In this document: positions 1 through 10,499 of the stretch, one piece after another
Numbering within the stretch: the stretch's first letter is position 1
How the letters are laid out: each line of letters opens with the position of its first letter
Assembly: GCF_006345805.1 (NCBI RefSeq)
Contig: NW_021824733.1
Location: 1 to 22,009, forward strand
Source of the DNA: Octopus sinensis
Taxonomy: Eukaryota
Reading direction: 5' to 3'
Length of the DNA stretch: 22,009 nucleotides
The notes under the pieces: model-generated
What the model saw: only the letters and a program-made list of their open reading frames with translations
Told to the model about the DNA's origin: nothing
Database searches by the model: none
Made by a program: the position numbers and the translations under genes

Positions 1-12
1 ATCGAACTCTGA

Positions 13-225
13 GTTTATCATGGCTACCGAATAATTGTCACATATTTCGATATTAAGAAACTTGTCAGTGGGTCAATGTCATTTAAGGATGTGGAGACGT
101 TAGAATATAAACAAAGGGACAGAATTTCTTATCTCGAAAAAGACTGTCGGAATTTATTTTACAACTTCTTGAAAATCGACTCAGCTAATTTGGCTAATGT
201 TCTTCAAAACGGCACGAATATTAAG
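13..225 (+). CDS. Candidate exon of an unidentified gene or pseudogene
   Basis: Frame-1 stretch 13-237 is stop-free with protein-like composition (VYHGYRIIVTYFDIKKLVSGSMSFKDVETLEYKQRDRISYLEKDCRNLFYNFLKIDSANLANVLQNGTNIK). Possible donor AAG|GTTGGT at 225/226. No clear acceptor and no recognised family. Confidence 0.22.
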
Positions 226-587
226 GTTGGTGTGTAGCCGGGAACATTTGAAGCGCAAGATGTTGACGATAATGATAATGATCATCACAACCATCACCAT
301 CATCACCATGACATATCTGTGTCTGTTGTTTATATATATGTGTGTAGTTTGTATATGTCTTGATATAAAATTATTAGTTGTCTGTCTTGACTTCGTTCCG
401 GTTGTACAACGTACGCGCAGAAATAAAGTTATTCCAACTGAGGACGGGAACTTGATCACATTATTCGACCAGATCACAACTTGCTAGAAGATTCTATAAA
501 TTTGCTTCTGCTGTAGGTGTTCAGAGAATTACAGGAAATGTATTCCTTTCTCCAGCAAAGTTGTGGTGCATAAAATTGATATAAGTG

Positions 588-637
588 CACACACACACAC
601 ACACACACGCGCGCGCGCACACACACACACACACACA

Positions 638-679
<42 letters not shown>

Positions 680-700
680 ACACACACACAGACACACACA
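588..700. repeat. (CA)n microsatellite with short (CG)n interruption
   Basis: Directly visible dinucleotide array. Confidence 0.95.
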
Positions 701-900
701 GATATACGGAAGAAACACTCCAGTCTCTTTTTTGAACACTCCTCGTTCATTAATGAAATGATTGCCAAAGGTAAAACAAGACAAATAAGAAATATGTTTG
801 AGACATCGGGATACAATAAATTTCTTTACATGAATATGTATTTATTACAAAGAAAGGCGAAGTGTACATATAAACGTATAAACGTAAGCAGAGTGAAAAA

Positions 901-958
901 GAGACAGAGAGAGAGAGAGAGGGGGGAGAGAAAGAGAAAGAGATGGAGGGAGAGAGAA
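901..958. repeat. (GA)n-rich purine tract
   Basis: Directly visible. Confidence 0.85.
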
Positions 959-1075
959 GTGGGCACAGGGAGACAGTCAGACAAATGTATACAGACGAAA
1001 AGAGAAATGGACAGAAGAAACGAAACAGTATTATTAACCATTCCTTTTCTCCGGCGTCTGTTTGCTTCTTGTTAG

Positions 1076-1145
1076 TATCGGACATGATCAATGCGCTATT
1101 TTCAGCAAATCCAACCAGCTGCACAGTAACATCAATATACTACAG
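1076..1145 (+). CDS. Candidate 70-nt internal exon
   Basis: Pyrimidine-rich acceptor ccttttctccggcgtctgtttgcttcttgttAG and donor CAG|GTGACT. Two reading frames are open (SDMINALFSANPTSCTVTSIYY or IGHDQCAIFSKSNQLHSNINILQ). Confidence 0.25.
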
Positions 1146-1293
1146 GTGACTTATATGCACACTATAATCATACGTCTTCTCGATAAAGACAAACAAGGAA
1201 CTAAAATAACATGAAGAATAATTAATATTTATGAGTCAACGGGGGGAACCTCGACCTTGTAAAACAACCTGTTCAGAGTAGCAGTCAAATTCG

Positions 1294-1314
1294 AATAATA
1301 ATAATGATAATGAA

Positions 1315-1364
<50 letters not shown>

Positions 1365-1559
1365 TAATAATAATAATTATGATAATAATAATGATAATAA
1401 TGATAATAATGATAATAGTAATAATAATAATGATAATAATAATAATGGTAATAATAATAATAATAATAATAAAAATAATAATAATAATAATTATAATAAT
1501 AATAATGACAATAATAATAATAATGACAATAATAATAATAATGACAATAATAATAATAA

Positions 1560-1590
<31 letters not shown>

Positions 1591-1593
1591 AAT
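1294..1593. repeat. 300-bp (AAT)n microsatellite with GAT/GAC variant units
   Basis: Directly visible; source of the poly-Ile ORFs. Confidence 0.97.
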
Positions 1594-1809
1594 CCTTTCT
1601 ACTATAGGCACAAGGCCTGAAACTTTGTGGGGGAGGCTAGTCGATTATATCGACCCCAGTGCGTAACTGGTGGCCTATTTTATCGACCCCAAAAGGACGA
1701 AAAGCAAAGTCGACCCCGGCAGAATTTGAACTCAGACCAACGTAAAGATGGATGAAATACCACTAAGTATTTTCCCGGCGTGCTAACGATTCCGCCAGCC
1801 CGCCGCCTT
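1594..1809 (-). mobile_element. tRNA-derived SINE, family B (central TTTCGTCCTTTTGGGGTCGATAAA domain, recalled as Meta-domain-like)
   Basis: Minus strand starts AAGGCGGCGGGCTGGCGGAATCGTTAG, has B-box-like GTTCAAATTC and ends in an (ATT)n tail. Homologous to 2453-2517 and 8942-9068. Superfamily label is recalled, not verified. Confidence 0.8.
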
Positions 1810-1868
1810 GATGATGATGGTGATGATGGTAATAATAATAATAATAATAAAATAATAATAATAATAAA

Positions 1869-2420
1869 TGCCCTGATGCTAGTACCAGGCAGTTGGCTCT
1901 CATGGTTCTGATCTTAACTGATTGGAAGTGTTATCATGTACTTGTTTTGTCTTGGTATAAAAGATGGGGCTACAGCAAAATTCTGCTCAATACCACAGAT
2001 TTGCTTGTCAGTGGTTTGACCTTAACCAGTTGAGCATGTCCCTTAGTGGCTACGATATGTGCATCTCTGATCACGAGCAGAAGTAGGGGGGAGCATCATA
2101 GCCATGTGTTGAGAGGGATTCTTTGGGGTTTTGAATAATTCACCTCTGGAAACATGGGTGGGTTCTTTCAACATCCTTAAACAACCCTTATTCAGGGACC
2201 TTTTGAGGGATGGGCTAATCAACCTGAAAGAAAATTCTAATGTGCCCACCTGCAGGTAATGTGTGTTTATCTTGATAAGAGATCACCATGTCGCGAACAT
2301 ATGGTTGTGATGCATGTGCCTGTGTACCTTTATCAGACGGGTAGTCTCTGATGGGTATATTGGGCTTCGTATATTTTACACCAGTGTCACTTTGATGGCA
2401 TGCACTGCTCTCTCACCTTC
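1869..2420. mobile_element. Unclassified ~550-bp interspersed repeat flanked by (AAT)n on both sides
   Basis: Bounded by AAT arrays at 1830-1867 and 2421-2452. Sequence recalled as a common octopus repeat. No ORF. Confidence 0.5.
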
Positions 2421-2452
2421 AATAATAATAATATAATAATGATAATAATAAT

Positions 2453-2517
2453 CCTTTCTACAATAGGCACAAAACCTGAAACTTTGAGGAAGAGGCTAGT
2501 CGATTATATCGACCCCC
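2453..2517 (-). mobile_element. 3' fragment of SINE family B
   Basis: Aligns to 1594-1658 (cctttctac.ataggcacaa..cctgaaacttt...ggctagtcgattatatcgacccc). Confidence 0.85.
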
Positions 2518-2627
2518 AACGTTCTGGTATGAATTGAACTCCTCAATTCTTCTATTTTTTTTTTGGTGATATCCAGGATATGATTGACAACGGTCCCTCC
2601 AAGTCAGTCAGGTCCATCGTCAGGGAC
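2518..2627 (+). mobile_element. Fragment of Tc1/mariner-superfamily (maT/DD37D-like) transposase relic
   Basis: Encodes GDIQDMIDNGPSKSVRSIVRD (helix-turn-helix region). Inverted homologue of 3381-3455 plus 3951-3975. Confidence 0.7.
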
Positions 2628-2750
2628 CTGACTGACTCGCAGATTTTGTATTTACTTCAGTTATAATTTGCAACTGAAGAAGCGAACGAAATTCAGGACA
2701 AAATTTACTATACGTTGCTAAGTGTGATCTGAGTCCCATTATTTATATAT

Positions 2751-3248
2751 TTACTCTCTTTTACTCTTTTACTTGTTTCAGTCAATTGACTGCGGCCATG
2801 CTGGAGCAACGCCTTTTTTTTTTTTTAGTCGAGCAAATCGACCCCCGGGACTTATTCTTTGTAAGCCCAGTACTTATTCTAACGGTCTCTTTTGCCGAAC
2901 CGGTACGTGACGGGGACGTAAACATACCAGCATCGGTTGTCAAGCAATGCTAGGGGGACAAACACAGAACACAAACCCACACACACATACATATATATGT
3001 ATATATATATATATATATGTATATATAATATATCTATTATATATATATATATACTATATTATATTATATATATATAATATATATATATATACGACAGGCT
3101 TCTTTCAGTTTCCGTCTACCAAATCCACTCACAAGGCATTGGTCGGCCGGGCTATAGCAGAGACACTTGCCGAAGATGCCAGCAGTGGATTGAACCCGAA
3201 CCATGTGGTTGGTTAGCAAGCTACTTACCACAGAGCCATCCTGCGCCT
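2751..3248 (-). mobile_element. tRNA-derived SINE, family A (CORE-like, internal TA/TG microsatellite, GTAAAAGA tail)
   Basis: Full-length homology to 3460-3950 and 4319-4841. Head AGGCGCAG..TGGCT.TGTGGTAAGTAGC, B-box-like GGTTCAATCC, tail (AAGAGTA)n. Confidence 0.9.
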
Positions 3249-3322
3249 ATATATTTAGTAAAGATGAACATGAAATCTACACCTCTATGCTATCACTCGC
3301 TCACTCATGCATACTCACACAG

Positions 3323-3655
3323 CTTGTATGAGGAATACCGAATGTCTTCATGCACTGCTTGCCTGATAAGATACTCCGATGTCCCTGACGATGGACCTGA
3401 TTGGCTTGGAGGGACCGTTGTCAATCATGTCCTGGATATCACACAAAAAAAAAAAGAATAGGCGCAGTAGTGGCTGTGTGGTAAGTAGCTTGTCTACCAA
3501 CCACATGGTTCCGGGTTCAGTCTCACTGCGTGGGCACTTTGGGCAAGTGTCTTCTACTATAAGCCTCGGGGACCAAGCCTGTGTGAGTGGATTTGGTAGA
3601 CAGAAACTGAAAGAAGCCCCGCCGTATATATGGATATATATGTATATATATATAT

Positions 3656-3703
<48 letters not shown>

Positions 3704-4295
3704 TGAGTTTGTGTGTGTTTGTGTATCTGTTGTTTGTCCCCTAGCATTGCTTGACAACCGATGCTGGTGTGTTTATGTCCCCGTTACTTAGCGATTCGGC
3801 AAAAGAGACCGATAGAATAAGTACTGGGCTTACAAAAGAATGCGTCCTGGGGTCGAGTTGCTCGACTAAAGGCGGTGCTCCAGCATGGCCGCAGTCAATT
3901 GACTGAAACAAGTAAAAGAGTAAAAGAGTAAAAGAGTAAAGAGTAAAGAGAGGAGTTCATTTTATATCAGAACGTTCAGAGTAAGTAACCCTAGCCCTAA
4001 TCCTACCTTGGTAATCACCATTGGACTTCTCCAACTCTTTCCGAATCCTTTGCACTGTCCTCACATTGACACCCAAGCACTCTGAACTGTTCATATTGGA
4101 GCTTCCGGTGTAAATGCCAAGCAGTTACAGCATGTCATTTCCAAATTTCTGGTAGAGTGAATTGCGTCATAGTGCTGCTTTTCCCACAGATGGTGCCCAA
4201 CTGACCCTACTATACTGTGTAAATGACAAAATCAAAAACAAACAATGCACGACATTAAAAATATAAAATGGCGAAAATTTATCCATCGCACAGTG
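3323..4295 (-). mobile_element. 5' part of a decayed maT/DD37D-like Tc1/mariner element, split by a SINE
   Basis: Terminus CACTGTGCGATGGATAAATTTTCGCC next to TA at 4296-4297. ATG at 4170 gives MTQFTLPEIWK*HAV...LGVNVRTVQRIRKELEKSNGDYQG...SERSDIK*TP, resuming after the SINE as DIQDMIDNGPSKPIRSIVRDIGVS/LIRQAVHEDIRYSSYK. Contains stops and frameshifts. Confidence 0.75.
3460..3950 (+). mobile_element. tRNA-derived SINE, family A
   Basis: Head AGGCGCAGTAGTGGCTGTGTGGTAAG, GGTTCAGTC box, CORE-like CTTTGGGCAAGT, internal (TA)n(TG)n, tail (GTAAAAGA)n. Confidence 0.92.
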
Positions 4296-4318
4296 TATAT
4301 ATATATCTATATATATAT

Positions 4319-4555
4319 CTTTTACTTTTTTACTTGTTCAGTCATTGACTGCGGCCATGCTGAGCACCCGCCTTTAGTCGAGCAAATCGACCCCAGGACT
4401 TATTCTTTGTAAGCCTAGTACTTATCTATCGGTCTCTTATGCTGAACCGCTAAGTTACGGGGATGTAACACACCAGCATCGATTGTCAAGCGATGTGGAG
4501 GGACAAATACAGACACACATACACACATATACATACATACATATACATATATATG

Positions 4556-4587
<32 letters not shown>

Positions 4588-4621
4588 ATATATGATATAT
4601 ATATATATATAATATATATGC

Positions 4622-4656
<35 letters not shown>

Positions 4657-4841
4657 TAATATATATATATATATATACGACGGGTGTCTTTCAGTTTCCG
4701 TCTACCAAATCCACTCATAAGGCTTTGGTCGGCCCGAGGCTATAGTAGAAGACACTTGCACAAGGTGCCACGCAGTGGGACTGAACCCGGAACCATGTTG
4801 TCGGTGAGCAAGCTACTTACCACACAGCCACTCCTACGCCT
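4319..4841 (-). mobile_element. tRNA-derived SINE, family A
   Basis: Reverse-complement homology along the full length of 3460-3950. Confidence 0.92.
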
Positions 4842-5225
4842 ATATATATATATAGGCTGGTTTTTCGAGTCTCAGCGCGCCAAAAGTAAAGGCATTTGAA
4901 AGATACATTCGAACTTAATCGGTTGTACTTTTTGCATACGAGACTCCGGTATCGTTTTTTATCTAGTACAGCAAATTATTTTCATAACAAACTGTGCTGA
5001 CGAAGTTACAGATATCCTTGTGATATTAATAACTGAAACCGTTCGGTACACAGGTGATTATTCCATTTTGTATATTTCTTTTGTCTTATCTATTGCTTTG
5101 GGTCGTGCTGAATTTTATTTTATTTGAGAACATAATCTTTGTGGAGAATGGCGATTTGACGTCTACATCTAGCATGTTGACTGTCCACTTTTTCGTGTTC
5201 AGTCCTTAATTGGTATACATGTTAT

Positions 5226-5241
5226 ATTATATATATATATA

Positions 5242-5276
<35 letters not shown>
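5226..5276. repeat. (TA)n microsatellite
   Basis: Directly visible. Confidence 0.9.
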
Positions 5277-5277
<1 letters not shown>

Positions 5278-5494
5278 TACACAACACAAAAGTAACACAA
5301 ACAACATTCTTTCAACGAAACAACGAAGATAGAAAAAACTCATCAACAGAAGCCTAACATATCTTGTTACTGGGAAAGATTGATTGAGACTTTAATCCTT
5401 TGGAATTAGATTTAATTGCATAATTATATACAATACTGGGAATAAAGGGGTTAAAATCACCATAACTCAGAGGAGATATCTACTTATGCTACGT

Positions 5495-5693
5495 ACATAA
5501 ACACGCACACCACACACACACCACACATAGGCACACACACACAGACGCGCGCACAGATGTATATATATAGATATATATGCATATATATCTCTGTCGTTGT
5601 ATGTATACTTTCTCTCTCTCTTTCTTCCCCCTGTATCTGTGTGTATATATGCCTCTCTTCATCTTTCATATATGTATATACATGTATATATTC

Positions 5694-5724
<31 letters not shown>

Positions 5725-5775
5725 CATATATATATGTATATATGCATATATATATATATACATATATACATATAT

Positions 5776-5818
<43 letters not shown>

Positions 5819-5932
5819 TGTATTAATATATTATATGTGTATGTATATATATATATATGTATTACTATATATATATAGATACATATATATATATATATAT
5901 ATGTATACATATATATATATATAAATATATAT

Positions 5933-5972
<40 letters not shown>
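5495..5972. repeat. Compound (CA)n/(TA)n/(CT)n low-complexity tract
   Basis: Directly visible; source of the YI-rich ORFs. Confidence 0.9.
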
Positions 5973-6194
5973 ATGTGGTGTGTGTGGAGTGTATGTGTGT
6001 GTATATTGCATGCATATATGCTGCGTATATGTCATACTGATGGTGACATCTTTATTCTCAGGATACTCTTGAACGATATTCTATATAATTATGTAATTAT
6101 ATTTAATACAAAAGGATTATGTTCTCAATCAATCTTCCCCAGTAAGAAGATATTTTAGACGTTAGCCAATGAACTCTGTTTTGCTGTTTTTGTA

Positions 6195-6670
<476 letters not shown>

Positions 6671-6829
6671 GGTTCATGTGTATGTTTTATGGGTTCATTG
6701 TTTTATGCTCCTTCACTAATTTCTGTCATTGAACTTTGTCTATTCTGGTTCCTCGCATCCATGGTTTCAACTGTCATATTAACGACAGTAATTATTTCAA
6801 TCAGATAGTTTTATGTTTTGAGCACAATT

Positions 6830-7375
6830 TCTAGAACCGCTGAAATCCGGGCCTAAAGAGCTGCCTCACAAACTGCACAAGCACAGACACACGTACATAT
6901 CAACTACTAAATATATATTTTTCATTGCCCAAACGACCTTAACATTAGCTTCAAGGTTCATCCAAGACTGGGACCACGGGCCATACGCCCCCTGCCCATT
7001 CAAGATCACAACATACATGTACACTGCAACATAATTTTTTTTCCTCAACAGGCCTGCCCTATTTTACCATTGTCCCGAGGGAGATCAAAGAGGAAAAGAT
7101 CCCATCAACTTTAAAAAAAACGAGTCTGGATAGATTCCTTCAAAGAATACCAATAAGCCACCCATAATTGGATACAACTCACCCAACAAGAACTCACTAC
7201 TTGAACAAAACTTGATACAACTCACCCAACAAGAACTCACTACTTGAACAAAACTTGACTTAAACAAAACTTGACTTAAACAGGATTCGAATAATCCTAT
7301 CAGGTGGTGCTATTAAGTTAGACATGGCCTGGACCAATCTTTGGTCGAAACATATCTAAGTTTATCTAAGTTTAT
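6830..7375 (+). mobile_element. 3' end of a CR1/L2-group LINE, decayed
   Basis: Frameshifted translation NISFKVHPRLGPRAIRP...GPALF.IVPREIKEEKDPINFK.SLDRFLQRIP.KPPIIGYNSPNKNSLLE fits the CR1-type ORF2 C-terminus. Short tandem tail (ATCTAAGTTT)2 at ~7353-7373. 5' limit approximate. Confidence 0.65.
7171..7279 (+). repeat. Local tandem duplications (43 bp x2, then 16 bp x2)
   Basis: gatacaactcacccaacaagaactcactacttgaacaaaactt at 7171-7213 and 7214-7256; acaaaacttgacttaa at 7248-7263 and 7264-7279. Confidence 0.9.
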
Positions 7376-7423
7376 GTAAATTACAATCAAGTTGCCATGT
7401 CGATACCCTAGGTTTCTTGTTAG

Positions 7424-7468
7424 CAGAGTGAGCAGAAAGTATTAATTCGCTGGGCGAAAGATCTGACG
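7424..7468 (+). CDS. Candidate 45-nt phase-0 exon (QSEQKVLIRWAKDLT)
   Basis: Acceptor ttcttgttAG (tandem TAG/CAG) and strong donor ACG|GTAAGC. Open in one frame only. Confidence 0.28.
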
Positions 7469-7960
7469 GTAAGCCCATGGTTTCACAGTATGACAAATAT
7501 TAGCTTTATGCTCAATTCTATAATCTATTTTCTGGTACTGCATACTTTTTCTTTTATTTCGTAACACTAACGTCTCTGTTCACTTTCTCGTCTGTGTCTG
7601 TGTATATACGAACGCACATACACATACATACACGCGCGCACGCACGCGCGCACGCACGCACACAATTATTTTATGTAGTAAGACTTCATTAAGTAGAATA
7701 GCGCTCGATCAGCTAAGATAGTAATGATAATGTTAGAATAAAACCACAAGTCTTACGAAATACAGCTACTCAGGGTTTCCCAGCCGAAACATTAGTTTAT
7801 TTAGTCATTTTTCAAGTTGAGATCAAGAACATTTGTCAGTTGCTTTTTAAGCAGATGACGTTTGAAAAAGGAATGCTTAATAAGAAAGAAGACAAGAAAA
7901 AAACATAGGAGATAGCCAACGAAACAAACAAACAAAAGTAAAAAAGACGTAAACAAGATA

Positions 7961-8313
7961 TCGATGTTTTATTATATGCCTGATGGCCTATTTTAAAATT
8001 CCATCAAGATGTATTTCTTAAAATGAGGACATAAAGAAAAAATCTCGTTCGTGGAGAGACGGGCCCGGTCGAGAGAGGCGCGCGGATCCCGACGCCGACC
8101 GGCCGCGAAGTCGGCGGCAGTGGCGGAGCGCTCGTCTGCTACCTGCGGACGCCGCGCGCCTACCGGCCGGACGGAAAACTGGTCGCAACGACGGATCGGA
8201 GGGGAAGTATGTCCGATGCCGGCACCCCGGAAATCGAACGCCGACGAGGCGGCAGACGACCGCCCGCGACACGAGCGGCCGCCACCGGCGCGTTCGTCGT
8301 GTTGGAGGTTCAC
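7961..8313. repeat. AT-rich leader plus very GC/CpG-rich segment, copy 1
   Basis: 7961-8245 aligns without gaps to 9069-9353 (about 17 substitutions in 285 bp, counted by eye). GC-rich core at 8043-8313. Confidence 0.9.
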
Positions 8314-8941
8314 AAGTACGTTAAGAGATTTTTCAAGAGAACATAATGAACATCTTTTGGACCCGTTAATATAGGGTCTGGTTTAGGAAAGGATTTTCTA
8401 TTTGATGTAGTAGTTGATCCCTACGTCTTTAAGTTTCCAGATTAAAACCGAAGCTGTAGTTGAATGCCTCTTATAAGGGTGCTTAAAAGTCGGAAATAGT
8501 TGTTATATCTGGATTTAAAATTTCTTTCTACGGCTCCGATGTAACGCTTAATTTCTGTTCGACCATTGTCATAGTTTGCTGACACCTTTGCCTCATAAAC
8601 ATTTCTGCCCTAAAGGATATTTACATTTGTCTCACCACACGCATACTGGGCAGGCTTTAGTCGTGTGTTGCTTATTGATATATGTCTTAACATTTGGGAG
8701 CGGGGTAAGAAAAGGCAATTTTAATGGTGTGTCTGTTAAAGATTTTACTGTATCTATGGGTTCTAGGAAAATGATTATCTATTAAATGCCAGAATCTTCT
8801 ACTCACATTTGTGGGGGATGGCCGAACCATAAAACTTTCCAAGACATATTCTTACGACTAAATGATAAAGAAGATGGGGAATTGCAAAAGATTTTATCAG
8901 AAAAACCGATATCCTTTACCGAAAAATATCACAAAGCTATT

Positions 8942-9351
8942 ACGTTCTGAGTTCAAATTCCGCCGAGGTTGACTTTGCCCTTCATCCTTTCGGGGTCGAT
9001 AAATTAAGTACCAGTTACGCGCTGGGGTCGATGTAATCGGCTTAATCCCTTTGTCCTTGTTTGTCCCCTCGATGTTTTATTATATGTTTGATTGCCTATT
9101 TTAAAATTCCATAAAGATGTATTTCTTAAAATGAGGACATAAAGAAAAAATCTCGTTCGTGGAGCGACGGGCCCGGTCGAGAGAGGCGCGCGGATCCCGA
9201 CGCCGACCGGCCGCGAAGCCGGCGGTAGTGGCGGGGCGCTCGTCTGCGACCTGCAGACGCCGCGCGCCTACCGGCCCGACGGGAAACGGGGCGCGACGAC
9301 GGATCGGAGGGGAAGTATGTCCGATGCTGGCACCTCGGAAATCGAACGCCG
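8942..9351 (+). mobile_element. Chimeric insertion: truncated SINE family B (8942-9068) fused to copy 2 of the GC-rich segment
   Basis: SINE part has GTTCAAATTCC and CTTCATCCTTTCGGGGTCGATAAATTAAGTACC. Flanked by the direct repeat ACAAAGCTATT at 8931-8941 and 9352-9362. Confidence 0.75.
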
Positions 9352-9661
9352 ACAAAGCTATTTTATGAATGACAAACTATGTTCCATAAAAATCTTTGAT
9401 GTATTATGCTACTTAAAAAATTATGGGATCAAGATGATTTTCCTGCGAATTAATCAAAATCCGATTTTACAGGCTTAGTTAATTTGCACTCAGGGTTGTT
9501 AATAAAATTTATTTGTATGATACTTGAGTATAATTTGAGGTGACCATGAGCTCAGTGGTCTAGTATATAATCTATTTTGTGTGTGTGATTGCGATCTCTT
9601 TAGCCTCTAGTTTAATGTTGTAATGAATACCAACACAGATTATATATGTATGTATGTATAT

Positions 9662-10468
9662 CATATTCTGTTTATTTCATGATTTCTTGCCAATAAAGAA
9701 CCGGTTGCTAACCTAGATCCAAGGCTCCTTCATTGCAATTTCAACAACAGGGTATGTATGTATGTATGTATGTATGTATGTATGTATGTATGTATGTATG
9801 TATGTGTATGTATGTATGTATGTATGTATGTATGTGCCGATTTGTATGTTTTATGCATGTATTCTCATACATGTAGTTGCATACCTAGACATGCTCATAT
9901 ATATTTAAACGATAAACTTCTGGAAAGTTTTACAGATTTTTACAGTTCTAGTGATGGATTGGATCTGTAGTCTTCGAATTAGCTTTCTCCTTTCTGGATT
10001 TGAGAAGCCTAATTTCTCAAGATTGGTATTTAGGCAGTGTGTTACGTATACCAGGGTCTCAATAATTACAGGTATAAACCTGAACTTGTAATCTGTGTAG
10101 AGTAACTGCAGATTTCTCAATTGTTCAGCATAAGTGTTCTCTTTTTCACTGATCTTAAGCTTTATGTTAACATCCTCTGGGAAGCTAATTTCCACATCTG
10201 TGCACAGTTTCTCTTCTCCTTATCTCAAATCATTATATCGGGTCTGTTGTCCTTACATTTTATTGAGGTTTTCACTGGTACATTCTACCAGTATTCTTTT
10301 CTATTATGTGTGGCTAAGGCTTCTACCATATTGTGGGTTCTTATTTCTTTGTTCTCGGGATTATCCTTCCGAAGGATTTCATTATAGAGTGTCCTTGCTA
10401 CAACATCATGTCTCATCGGTAGATAATGCTGTGATGACATTTTTGGACAACTGCTTATGATGTGGGTG

Positions 10469-10470
<2 letters not shown>
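9662..10470 (-). mobile_element. 5'-truncated R4/Dong-like (RLE-type) non-LTR retrotransposon, lineage 2
   Basis: THIISSC..RHDVVA..W*NVPVKTSIKCKDNRPDIMI*DKEEKLCTDVEISFPEDVNI..EKENTY..RFIPVII covers the CCHC end, RHD and the PD-D/E-K restriction-like endonuclease. ORF ends at 9905. The putative 3' UTR with internal (TACA)n extends to ~9662 (less certain). Confidence 0.8.

Positions 10471-10499
<29 letters not shown>

Noticed and set aside
563-1124. 170-aa and 124-aa ORFs
   Set aside because: Largely (CA)n and (GA)n translations
1285-1666. Poly-Ile ORFs of 108-120 aa
   Set aside because: Translations of the (AAT)n array
4856-5215. Unique-looking segment between TA arrays, a possible DNA transposon piece
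   Set aside because: No TIR pair or transposase motif identifiable
7724-7908. About 60-codon stop-free stretch on +
   Set aside because: No convincing splice sites or homology; can arise by chance
8043-8313. rRNA gene annotation for the GC-rich block
   Set aside because: No conserved 18S, 5.8S or 28S motif recognised; kept only as a hypothesis
7993-8374. Arg/Ala-rich ORFs on both strands (also 9101-9368)
   Set aside because: Expected from high GC content; open in several frames and no recognisable family
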